NCBI GenBank assembly: GCA_963667035.1
Contig: OY762964.1
Location: 2,786,097-2,818,096 of the forward strand
From: Candidatus Cloacimonadales bacterium
Lineage (GTDB): Bacteria > Cloacimonadota > Cloacimonadia > Cloacimonadales > JAFGVF01
Direction: 5' to 3'
Length of the DNA stretch: 32,000 bases
Translations under genes and position numbers: made by a program
In this document: one piece after another, positions 16,122 to 25,147 of the stretch
Position numbering within the stretch: position 1 is the first letter of the stretch
How the letters are laid out: every line of letters starts with the position of its first letter
Notes under the pieces: generated by a model
Database searches by the model: none
Seen by the model: the letters and a program-made list of their open reading frames with translations, nothing else
Told to the model about the DNA's origin: nothing

Positions 16122-18679
16122 TAATGCCTAAGAAAAGACTCTCTATTTCAAATATTAGAAGTAAGAAAAGCGAGAATGAATCAACTGAAGTTATACTTCC
16201 TGAGTTAGAAGATAATCAGGCTGATTCCGACACTAAACTTGTTAAAGAAATTCCTAAATCAGCAAACCAAGGTGATGGGAATATCGATAATCCAAGAGTG
16301 AAAACAGAAACTCAAGATGATCTAAAATCATTAAAGCATAATCCAACAGGATTTATCTCTAATCACAATGAGGAAAGCGAACCTTCGCTACTAGAATATC
16401 TTGAAGTTGGATACCGAAACAAATGGTTAATTCTAATCATTACTCTTTTGTGTATTATTGGGGCATATGTTTTACACATTAGAAAAGTTCCTTTATTTAG
16501 AACTAGAACTAAAATATTCATCCATGATGATTCAATGGAGCTGGAAGTAATTAATAATAAGCCATTCATAAAAGGGAAAATGGATGTTGCTACTTGGATG
16601 GAAATACTAAAGACTAGAGATGTCTGTAAAAGAGTCTCTGCATACATGAATAATACTATATCTCCCCAAGAAGCTAAGTTGATGATTAACTGTACTAGCT
16701 CAAAAAATGAAGAAAACATCATTTCAATCACCTCAACTAATCCTAATCCAGTTATAGCTACGGACGTTGCTAATAATTTCTATCGTGCACTTAGAGATTA
16801 TGATACGGAAGCCAACAAGCGTAACATTAACAAAACCATAGATTATCTTGAGCATCAACTAAGAGACAAAAATCACGAGCTTGATTCCTTAAACACAGCA
16901 GTAAAAGCTCTTTATGCTAATATAGATTTTAAAAACTACGGTGATAATTTGCATGAAAACTTAAAGCGTTTAAATGCTTTCAAACATAATTTAACAACTG
17001 TAGAAGTAGAGTTAGAAGCTGAGAATGCAAACATAAAAGTTTTGAACTCCAAGCTTAAAGAGGAAGATTCAACCTATATTACTGAAACAACTTATAGTGA
17101 ACCACTTAAAATTAAACTGATGAATCTTGAAGTTGATTTAGCTAGAGCTTTAACTACCTATGGGGAGAATCATCCAAAAGTTATAAGTCTACGTACTAAC
17201 ATAGCAAACATTAAGAAACTTATTTCAGATGGTGTTGAAGAAAGCATTCAAATGAGGAGTATTGGTCAAAATCCGTTAAAACAACAGATTCTAAAGGATC
17301 TCGTTGAATCTCAGACCAGGTCAATATCTTTAACCCAAAAACGTAATGCTTTGAGAAAAGTAATAAAAGAAATGGAGTTGTCTCCTAAAGATAACTCTAT
17401 GCTGGTAAATAAGCAAAGAGAGAAAGATGCTTTAATACTTACCATCACTAACCTTCAAAACCAGATTAATAAAGTCAGATTGAATGCTAACATAGATTTT
17501 AACAGAATAGTTCAATTGGAAGAGGCAACTATTCCGCAGAAACCAATTGGTAAAAATCTACTCTTAATGCTTCTTAATGGATTAGGATTGGGTGTTGCTT
17601 TAAGTAGCATCTTAGTTTTTTTACTTACTAGGTTTGATAACAAGATTAATACTATTAATAAACTTCTTCATGTTTATCCGAACATTCCTATCATAGGTAC
17701 AATACCTAGGTTCAAGTTTAGTCCTATTAAGATTGATGCTCAAACTTCTAATCTAACAGAAGAGGAATTACAGAACAAGGATTTGGTAAACAGTGTTTTC
17801 AATGAAATTGCTTTAAATTTCCGATACCTGATTCTTAACAAAAGGAATAATGCTATTGCAGTGGTGAGTTCTTTAAAAGGCGAAGGCAAATCAACTATAA
17901 CGAACTATTTAGCAGTTGCTTTAGCTAATAATAATACTAAGACTCTTCTTGTTGATGCAGATTTCTATAATCCTCAGATATCTCGATATTACAGTAAAAC
18001 TAAAGCATTCGGATTCTCCGAAGTTCTATCTGAACAAATACCATTGCATGAAGTGATAATAAATACTAAAATTGATAATCTTATGATACTGCCATCAGGC
18101 AAGTGTCCTCCAAGTGTTGGACATCTTTATCACAGTGACAGATTTAAAGAGATTATACAAGAAGTAAAGTCTGTTTGCGATATCATAATTATTGATACTC
18201 CTGCTTCAATGTATTTCCCGGAGACATCAGTACTTGTTAATGAGATGGATTGTGTTCTCCTAACTGCAAAGATGGGATTTACTACAACAATCAGTTGTAA
18301 AAAATTACTAAAGAAGATACAAATCCTAGATACCAAAATTGGGGGAGTAATTGCAAATTCAATGTTAAAAGAGGTTTTCGATAAAACCTATAGTGATTAC
18401 TACAATTATAGTTATGAATATTACTCCCGATACCATAACTACACAAACAATCAAAAGCAGAATTCTTTAACAAAACATATACCTACAGATTTGTTTAAAG
18501 TAGTAAAAAAGAAGGATAAGTTGGAAAGAACATTCTTGCAGGAAGGTGAAATTCTAGACTATGAAGCTCAATCTGAAACAAATTTCGGAAGAATAAATAA
18601 AGATAAAACCTTTGGGCTATTTCTAAAAAAATTAAAACGTTTCCTTGGTCTTGATGATGACTTTGATTTAGGAGAATAG
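16118..18679 (+). CDS. Wzc/GumC-like polysaccharide co-polymerase (chain-length determinant) fused to BY-kinase domain
   Basis: ATGA overlap with the upstream stop. Two TMs flank a ~360-aa coiled-coil periplasmic region. Walker A VVSSLKGEGKSTIT, LLVDADFYNPQI, Walker B IIIDTPA. Tyr cluster YSDYYNYSYEYYSRYHNY (nt 18389..18442). Confidence 0.85.
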   Translation: MIMPKKRLSISNIRSKKSENESTEVILPELEDNQADSDTKLVKEIPKSANQGDGNIDNPRVKTETQDDLKSLKHNPTGFISNHNEESEPSLLEYLEVGYRNKWLILIITLLCIIGAYVLHIRKVPLFRTRTKIFIHDDSMELEVINNKPFIKGKMDVATWMEILKTRDVCKRVSAYMNNTISPQEAKLMINCTSSKNEENIISITSTNPNPVIATDVANNFYRALRDYDTEANKRNINKTIDYLEHQLRDKNHELDSLNTAVKALYANIDFKNYGDNLHENLKRLNAFKHNLTTVEVELEAENANIKVLNSKLKEEDSTYITETTYSEPLKIKLMNLEVDLARALTTYGENHPKVISLRTNIANIKKLISDGVEESIQMRSIGQNPLKQQILKDLVESQTRSISLTQKRNALRKVIKEMELSPKDNSMLVNKQREKDALILTITNLQNQINKVRLNANIDFNRIVQLEEATIPQKPIGKNLLLMLLNGLGLGVALSSILVFLLTRFDNKINTINKLLHVYPNIPIIGTIPRFKFSPIKIDAQTSNLTEEELQNKDLVNSVFNEIALNFRYLILNKRNNAIAVVSSLKGEGKSTITNYLAVALANNNTKTLLVDADFYNPQISRYYSKTKAFGFSEVLSEQIPLHEVIINTKIDNLMILPSGKCPPSVGHLYHSDRFKEIIQEVKSVCDIIIIDTPASMYFPETSVLVNEMDCVLLTAKMGFTTTISCKKLLKKIQILDTKIGGVIANSMLKEVFDKTYSDYYNYSYEYYSRYHNYTNNQKQNSLTKHIPTDLFKVVKKKDKLERTFLQEGEILDYEAQSETNFGRINKDKTFGLFLKKLKRFLGLDDDFDLGE

Positions 18680-19761
18680 TGAAGATAAAAAAAGATAGAA
18701 TTAAGCGTAAGCATATATATGCTATAACATATCTTTTGATTATAATAGCTACAATCATTATACTTTTATTATTACCTAGGTCATGTAGCTATTCAGGTAC
18801 TATTTATGCCGGAGTCGGAGGATGTGTTTATGATCCCGGTGTATATCCTATGTACAAAGGTATGACTTTATACGAGTTGATTCGTAAAGCAGATGGTATG
18901 AAACCTAATGCTGACTTAGATCGCTTTAATCCGGATATGATTATTGAGCCATGGGAATCATATTGTATTCCCTGCAAAATAAAAAAAGACCCTCCTGTTA
19001 AACAAATTATTGCAGAAGTAGCTCCTTATGCCCCTAAACGAGAGCTTAATGATGTAGACCGCTTCACGATTATCTATGCAGGTTTACCAAGAACTTTTAT
19101 ACTTCTAGATGTTTATCCGAATTACGGACTCATATCAGCAACACATATTCCTTGGTTTACAGCAGTACATGATTTAGTCGGAAATGTAAAGACTCTCTAT
19201 GAAATGTATTTAATCGGAGGAACTGAAGCATTGGTAAGGTCAGTGTCTGATGTTACCCAGACAAATATTGACTACTACTTCGCTCAGGATAGACCTGCTT
19301 GGATTAAATTTATTGATTATCTTGGTGGAGTAAAAGTAGACATTCCGGTTGAATTTGCAAAGCAATACAGAGTAAATAGTGGTATTCATATAATTGATGG
19401 ATACACTTCTTGGTTCTATATTACCTTTATTTCCAAAGAAATGAGAAGAATAGATTATAAAACCGGCTCAATGAATAGAATCACTCGTCAAAAACTTTTT
19501 ATGGAAGAGCTATATGCCAAATTTAAGAATCTGGATTTCTTTAGAAGTAGTCAGATTGGAAAATCCATATTAACAGATGCTGAAACGAATCTCTCTGCAG
19601 CTCAAGCCATAGAACTATCAAACAAAGTCAGGAAGATGTCTTCAAACAATCTAAAGCTTTTCACTTATCCGGGCGTTATCATTAATTATAATGGAGAGAA
19701 CTATTGGGAAGTTAATCCTATCAGATATAAAAATAAAATCTTTAATGAGATAAATAATTGA
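18679..19761 (+). CDS. Membrane-anchored SLBB-like + LytR/CpsA/Psr (LCP)-like domain protein (LCP domain appears degenerate)
   Basis: The GTG start shares 1 nt with the upstream TAG. N-terminal TM. SLBB-like GVGGCVYDPGVYPMYKGMTLYELIRKADGMKPNADLDRFN. LCP-like NIDYYFAQDRPAWIKFIDYLGGVKVDIP, but the usual Arg/Asp-rich motifs are not evident. Confidence 0.5.
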   Translation: MKIKKDRIKRKHIYAITYLLIIIATIIILLLLPRSCSYSGTIYAGVGGCVYDPGVYPMYKGMTLYELIRKADGMKPNADLDRFNPDMIIEPWESYCIPCKIKKDPPVKQIIAEVAPYAPKRELNDVDRFTIIYAGLPRTFILLDVYPNYGLISATHIPWFTAVHDLVGNVKTLYEMYLIGGTEALVRSVSDVTQTNIDYYFAQDRPAWIKFIDYLGGVKVDIPVEFAKQYRVNSGIHIIDGYTSWFYITFISKEMRRIDYKTGSMNRITRQKLFMEELYAKFKNLDFFRSSQIGKSILTDAETNLSAAQAIELSNKVRKMSSNNLKLFTYPGVIINYNGENYWEVNPIRYKNKIFNEINN

Positions 19762-19768
19762 GGTATTC

Positions 19769-20491
19769 ATGCGTATTATTCTTGTTACTTTACTTTTTTT
19801 AACTACATTTTCGGTATTTGCCCAACAAACTTATATTCCCCGTATGGCAAAAGATGACTTTTTTAACGGTGAAACTGATCTATCTAACATACCTGATTCG
19901 CTATTGGTCAGTACAGAAGATGAATACATTCTTAGAAAAGGTGACAGAATATCAATTTATGTAATGGATCATTTAGAGTTCTCAAAGCCTCAAATAATGA
20001 TATTACCTGACGGAAGTATTGAGTATCCTTTGATAGGAACTCTGAGAGTTGCAGGACTTAACTCTGCTCAACTAAGGGCTATTATTGAAGAACGTTTACG
20101 TCCTTACGTGACTATACCCATTGTTACTATCTATATTGAAAAAATATTCGGAGAGAAACTCAATATAATTGGCTATGTTAATGGACCTGGAGAATATCAG
20201 CTTTACGAACCTATAAGAATCACTGATGCTATTGCAATGGCAAAAGGTATTATAAACATTAGAGAAGTTAAAACTATAAGAGTTATTCGTAAAGATGGAG
20301 ACGTGTTTAACGTAAGCCTTAAACATATATGGTTTAATGATGATGATGAGACAAACTACAGAGAAAATCTTCTTCTTAATCCGGGAGATACGCTTATTGT
20401 ACCTCCTCCTCGAAGATTTAACTGGAGAATGTATACTGCAATAATTGCAACTCTATCACTTATTCTTCAGATATATATAGCTACTAACTAA
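19769..20491 (+). CDS. Wza/GumB-like polysaccharide export protein (Poly_export + SLBB), short form
   Basis: Signal peptide MRIILVTLLFLTTFSVFAQQ. YILRKGDRISIYV..ILPDGSIEYPLIGTLRVAGLNSAQLRAIIEERL..PIVTIYI. SLBB-like NIIGYVNGPGEYQLYEPIRITDAIAMAKGI. C-terminal hydrophobic helix. Confidence 0.8.
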   Translation: MRIILVTLLFLTTFSVFAQQTYIPRMAKDDFFNGETDLSNIPDSLLVSTEDEYILRKGDRISIYVMDHLEFSKPQIMILPDGSIEYPLIGTLRVAGLNSAQLRAIIEERLRPYVTIPIVTIYIEKIFGEKLNIIGYVNGPGEYQLYEPIRITDAIAMAKGIINIREVKTIRVIRKDGDVFNVSLKHIWFNDDDETNYRENLLLNPGDTLIVPPPRRFNWRMYTAIIATLSLILQIYIATN

Positions 20492-21830
20492 AGTTTTTTA
20501 TTCTTTTCATATAACTAATCGTCATAGCTAATGAAAGAATGAATGATCCTGCATCAGCAATTGGGAAACTCCACCAAACACCGTTTAACCCAAGAATTCT
20601 TGGAAGTATAAGTATGAGAGGTATCATGAACATTATCTGTCTGGCAATTGATAATACGAAAGAGGGAGCGGCTTTTCCTATGGCTTGGAAAAATGATCCT
20701 GACATTACTTGAAATCCTACTAAGAAGAAAGCTGTAACTATAATCCTAAATGCTGTTGAACCTAAAGCAAGCACTTGTAAATCAGTAGTAAACATTCGAA
20801 TCAAAAAAGATGGAATAGCTAAAACAACTAACATTCCTGTTATAGATATAATAGAGGCTCCTATTGTCGCATCTTTCATAACCTTTCTAACCAAATCATG
20901 TCTTTTCCTTCCATAGTTAAATCCTACAATAGGTTGCAGTCCCTGACCAACACCAAACATAGGCATCATCATGAATGACATAGCTCTGTTGATAACTCCA
21001 TAGGCAGCTATTGCTAAATCTCCACTATATGTTTTTAAAGTTTGATTGATAATAGCTATCAGAACGGATCCTCCAATTTGTCTTACAAATGAAGGCATTC
21101 CAATAATTATAACTTCTTTAAAAATCTGTGGATTCCATCTATATTGCTTAAACTTAAGTTTGAAAATACTTCTACCACTTATGTAATAGTAAAACAGATA
21201 TATAACTGTACATATCTGGGATATAACTGTTGCAATTGCAGCTCCTTTAATTCCCATATTAAAAACGAATATGAATATCGGATCAAGAATAATATTCATA
21301 CCTGCAGCTAATAGCATACTTATCATTGCCCATTTAGCATTACCTTCAGCTCTAACGACGTTGTTGTTGACCTGCATAAAAGTTAAGAACAAGGTTCCCA
21401 TAAAGATAACCCTCATATATTCTTTAGCATAAGGCATGATTGCCTCAGTTGCTCCAAAGACTTTTAATATAGGCTCAAGAAATAGTTGTCCGCAGATAAC
21501 AACAATTGTAGTAAAGAAAAGGACACTTATATGAATAGTATAAAGGGTTAATTCCGCTTTCTTAAAGTTATTCTCACCCAAAGAGCGGGATATAAGTGAA
21601 GCTCCTCCCATTCCAAATACGAAAGAAAATGCCATTATAGCCATCTGTATGGGGAAAGCTATTGTCAGTCCGGCTAAACCCATTGTTCCTACTCCGTGTC
21701 CAATGAAAATGGCATCAACAACATTGAAGAGGGCCATTACTATCATTCCCGTCATTGCGGGAACAGAAAGTCTTATAAGCAATCTACCAACATGTTCATC
21801 TGCTAATATATGTGTATCGTTTTGTTTCAT
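20484..21830 (-). CDS. MATE family efflux transporter
   Basis: 448 aa, about 12 TM. N-terminus LLIRLSVPAMTGMIVMALFNVVDAIFIGHGVGTMGLAGLTIAFPI is typical of MATE/NorM-type proteins. Its 3' end overlaps the convergent wza-like gene by 8 nt. Confidence 0.85.
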   Translation of the reverse strand: MKQNDTHILADEHVGRLLIRLSVPAMTGMIVMALFNVVDAIFIGHGVGTMGLAGLTIAFPIQMAIMAFSFVFGMGGASLISRSLGENNFKKAELTLYTIHISVLFFTTIVVICGQLFLEPILKVFGATEAIMPYAKEYMRVIFMGTLFLTFMQVNNNVVRAEGNAKWAMISMLLAAGMNIILDPIFIFVFNMGIKGAAIATVISQICTVIYLFYYYISGRSIFKLKFKQYRWNPQIFKEVIIIGMPSFVRQIGGSVLIAIINQTLKTYSGDLAIAAYGVINRAMSFMMMPMFGVGQGLQPIVGFNYGRKRHDLVRKVMKDATIGASIISITGMLVVLAIPSFLIRMFTTDLQVLALGSTAFRIIVTAFFLVGFQVMSGSFFQAIGKAAPSFVLSIARQIMFMIPLILILPRILGLNGVWWSFPIADAGSFILSLAMTISYMKRIKNFS

Positions 21831-22061
21831 TACGTTCCTTAATCACTTTATTTAAGCTCAGACAGATTAAAGTCAATTATCCTGCAAGCAAAAAGAAAAC
21901 TTTAGATTGTTTAGGGAGAAATATACAATAGGTATGATTCTATTGTCTACTCCAACGCTATCAATTGTTATTGATTTAATTAGCAATGTTTAATTAGGAT
22001 ACAAATCCTATAATCTCTTGCCAAGAATAAATCTTCTATTTTACTTGAAATTAACAAAATC

Positions 22062-23795
22062 ATGGAGAGAGAAATGAAAAAGGTTTTAATTATTACCGGA
22101 ATTGTAGTCGTAGCGATAGTTCTAATTGTAGTACTTGGAGGCTATTTCACCGCTAATCGCTTCTTTAATGCCAAAAGCGGTTTCTCATTAAGATCAACTT
22201 TAACCGAATCAATGGGTAAGAGAGTTGATTATACAGATTTAAAAGTTAAATTGGGATTAGGAGTCAAAGTAGAAATTAATGGTTTCTCAATAGTTGATTC
22301 AGATTATCCGGATAAACCTTTGATTCATGCCGGTAAAGTTTATGCTGATATGAAACTACTTCCTCTTCTTTCTAAAAAAATTGAAGTCGTTAGGATAACT
22401 ATAGACAATCCTGAAATATATTGGAATGATAAGATTAAGTTTGAACAAAAAGAAAAAAAGCCTAACTCAACGACAAAGAGTAGTAAACCCGAAAAATCCA
22501 AAAAAGAAAGTGCTATGTTTAGTTTATCAGTTCCTGAAATTGGAATCAATAAGGGTAAGTTTACCTTTGAAACTGAAACTGATACACTTTTAGTAGAAAA
22601 CATTAATCTAAACCTTCAAGTAAGTGTTAATAACTTGGATAAGGATAAAGAAGATTATTCCGGAACGTTAGAAATAAAGAATATTGATGGCTCCTATGGG
22701 CCCTATAACTGGCAGAGAGCATCAGGTTCAATATCATTGAATCAGGACAAATTATCGTGTGATGAATTGATATTTGCTACATCGCTTGGTAGATATTGGA
22801 TGAAGGTTGATTTGTCTGATTGGAGTCACTTTGGTGTTAAAGATGTTACTCGTCCTAAACTTACATTCCATGTTATCTCTCCTCTTGCTGATTTTTCTAA
22901 GCTTCCAAAACAGGAAAAAGCAAATACGGAACCGGATAGTCTAATCGCAATGGAAGAGATTGAAGTTGAGCAAAAATCAGACATCAATAACGATAAGCTA
23001 GAACTTCCTTTGGATGTCCAAGGCATAATAGATTTTAAGAAAGTAAAAACAGAATTCATTGAAATTAATAGTCTTAAAACCCTTATTGGGGCAAACAACG
23101 ACAAAATATATCTCAATGTTGAGACATCAATTGCAGGTGGAAGAGTTAATCTGGAAACTACTCTGATCAACGGTAAAACAAAATCATTGAAAGATTTAGG
23201 ATATAAGGGAGAATTAACTATAAGTCATATGAGCTTACAGGAAGTCTCAAAATCTCTTATCAAAGATGATTTCTTAGAGGGTAATCTTTATGCCTCTTTT
23301 GATGTACAAGGGACAGGTGTGAGTTTACAAGATATGGTTAGCACTATGGAAGGTCAGGGTACAATATCTTTAAAAGAAGGTTACTTCTATTTACCTGATA
23401 ATGTAAGAGAGTTTGGTAAATATGCTAAGACTCTTAAGAATGATAAGATTAAGGTAAATGTAGAAAATACTTCTACATACAAGAAAGGTATTCTAAAGCT
23501 CGATAATCTTGTTGCTGAATCTGATGTGGCTGATGCTACAATATCCGGTTATATTAAACTTACTGGTTACATCAATACAAAGATAGTAGGAAAAGTCTCA
23601 AGACAAGTTAGTAAAGAGCTAAAAATACCTGGAAAACAAATGTTCTTTGATGAAGAGAAGAGACTTGGATTTAAAGTTACTGTAAAAGGCTCGTTTGAAG
23701 AACCTGAGGTTAAGTTCTATTGGGCTAAACTCACAGGACAGATATGGAAGAATGTAAAAAGGGGAGTTGGTAGCTTAATAAAAGGATTATTCTAG
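22062..23795 (+). CDS. AsmA-family outer-membrane biogenesis/lipid-transport-like protein
   Basis: N-terminal TM, then LKVKLGLGVKVEINGFSI..HAGKVYADMKLLPLLSKKIEVVRITIDNPEIYW, which resembles the AsmA N-terminal signature. The true start may be ATG 22074 (MKKVLII), since GGAGAGAG lies just upstream. Confidence 0.7.
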   Translation: MEREMKKVLIITGIVVVAIVLIVVLGGYFTANRFFNAKSGFSLRSTLTESMGKRVDYTDLKVKLGLGVKVEINGFSIVDSDYPDKPLIHAGKVYADMKLLPLLSKKIEVVRITIDNPEIYWNDKIKFEQKEKKPNSTTKSSKPEKSKKESAMFSLSVPEIGINKGKFTFETETDTLLVENINLNLQVSVNNLDKDKEDYSGTLEIKNIDGSYGPYNWQRASGSISLNQDKLSCDELIFATSLGRYWMKVDLSDWSHFGVKDVTRPKLTFHVISPLADFSKLPKQEKANTEPDSLIAMEEIEVEQKSDINNDKLELPLDVQGIIDFKKVKTEFIEINSLKTLIGANNDKIYLNVETSIAGGRVNLETTLINGKTKSLKDLGYKGELTISHMSLQEVSKSLIKDDFLEGNLYASFDVQGTGVSLQDMVSTMEGQGTISLKEGYFYLPDNVREFGKYAKTLKNDKIKVNVENTSTYKKGILKLDNLVAESDVADATISGYIKLTGYINTKIVGKVSRQVSKELKIPGKQMFFDEEKRLGFKVTVKGSFEEPEVKFYWAKLTGQIWKNVKRGVGSLIKGLF

Positions 23796-25136
23796 CTCTT
23801 GTAAAACCTTCTTATCAAGCATAAACACTCTATCTGATATAGATTTAACAAATGGCATGTCATGACTAACAATTATTATGGCATGCCCTTTCCTTTTCAT
23901 TTCAATAATGATATCCAAGAGTTTTAACTTGTTATTATAGTCTTGTCCAAAAGTTGGCTCATCCAATAGAATCAACGATCTATTCATAGATTGTACAATT
24001 GCTAGTGAAAGTCTTCGTTTTTCTCCAACAGATAAAGTAAAAGGATTTTGCTCTTTTTGTTCATCTAGATCTATCATTTTAAGTAATGAGATATCTCCAT
24101 TAACTTCATCGATTACTCTAGGATAAATGAAGTGGTTTTCAGGGTTCTGGAATAGAAGAGCAATTTCCATAAAGAGTTTCTTTCGTTTCATTCTAACTAT
24201 ATCGGTATCTTGAATACGAACATATCCGTTGTATCCCTTCTGTAATCCTGATATTATTCTTAATAATGTGCTTTTCCCTACACCATTACTGCCTATTATA
24301 GTAATTATCTCACCTTTATGGAGATTAAGGTTGAGGTTTTCATACAAAGTTTTTTGCTTGAATCCAAAACTTAAATTCTCAATTGATAAAAATTTCATGC
24401 TTCCTGGTTTTTGCTCAAGTTGTGGGAATTCTTGTTCCCACTTTATATTATTTAATCCTGATTCAGTCAAAAAACCATTATCATCAATTGAGATTACTCT
24501 GTTTATATAAGGTCTAAAATATTGTAGATTATGTTCTACAATGATAACAGTCTTATTCTCTACTTGCTTGCTAATAATGTTTAACAATTCTTCAGCTGAT
24601 TGCGGGTCCAGAAAAGCTGTAGGCTCATCAAGAAGTAGTATAGACGGATTTGTTATGAGTATTGATAATAGAGCAACTTTTTGTTTTTCACCACCTGATA
24701 AGGATAATACTTCACGCTCAAGCAAGCTTTCTATTCCATGTTGTTTTGCCAGTTCTATGATACAATCTTTGATTGTATCAGGTTCATATCTAAGGTTCTC
24801 CAATCCAAATGCCAGTTCTTGCTTAACCGTCTGGTGAATCATTTGAGAAGAAGGATTCTGAAACAGTAATCCGGATTCTATTTTCTCTCTTTCCGAAAGT
24901 TCAGAAACGGATTTACCTCTATACTCAATTACTCCCGAAAGAGTGCCGTTTATTTGTTCGGGGATTAGTCCTTTAAGTGCATATAAAAGGGTTGTTTTAC
25001 CTGATCCTGAATTCCCTTTTAAGAGAATGAAGTCACCCTGATTAATCTTAAGTTCACCCTTCCAGCCAATACCGTTCTGTTGAAACGGGTAGTTAAAAGA
25101 AAAATCTTTTATCCTGTATATTAATTCTCTTTGCAA
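23787..25136 (-). CDS. Tandem (duplicated) ABC ATPase, ECF/CbiO-like
   Basis: Two nucleotide-binding domains: GNSGSGKTTLL + LSGGEKQKVALLSIL + LLLDEPTAFLD, and GSNGVGKSTLL + LSVGEKRRLSLAIV + LILLDEPTFGQD. No permease or S-component gene is adjacent. Confidence 0.85.
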   Translation of the reverse strand: MQRELIYRIKDFSFNYPFQQNGIGWKGELKINQGDFILLKGNSGSGKTTLLYALKGLIPEQINGTLSGVIEYRGKSVSELSEREKIESGLLFQNPSSQMIHQTVKQELAFGLENLRYEPDTIKDCIIELAKQHGIESLLEREVLSLSGGEKQKVALLSILITNPSILLLDEPTAFLDPQSAEELLNIISKQVENKTVIIVEHNLQYFRPYINRVISIDDNGFLTESGLNNIKWEQEFPQLEQKPGSMKFLSIENLSFGFKQKTLYENLNLNLHKGEIITIIGSNGVGKSTLLRIISGLQKGYNGYVRIQDTDIVRMKRKKLFMEIALLFQNPENHFIYPRVIDEVNGDISLLKMIDLDEQKEQNPFTLSVGEKRRLSLAIVQSMNRSLILLDEPTFGQDYNNKLKLLDIIIEMKRKGHAIIIVSHDMPFVKSISDRVFMLDKKVLQELE

Positions 25137-25147
25137 TTACCAATCCT

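Noticed and set aside
20484-20491. Convergent 3'-end overlaps (wza-like/MATE at 20484..20491; asmA-like/ABC at 23787..23795), considered as regulatory antisense features.
   Set aside because: Overlaps of 8-9 nt are common in compact genomes, and no hairpin or other signal is visible there.
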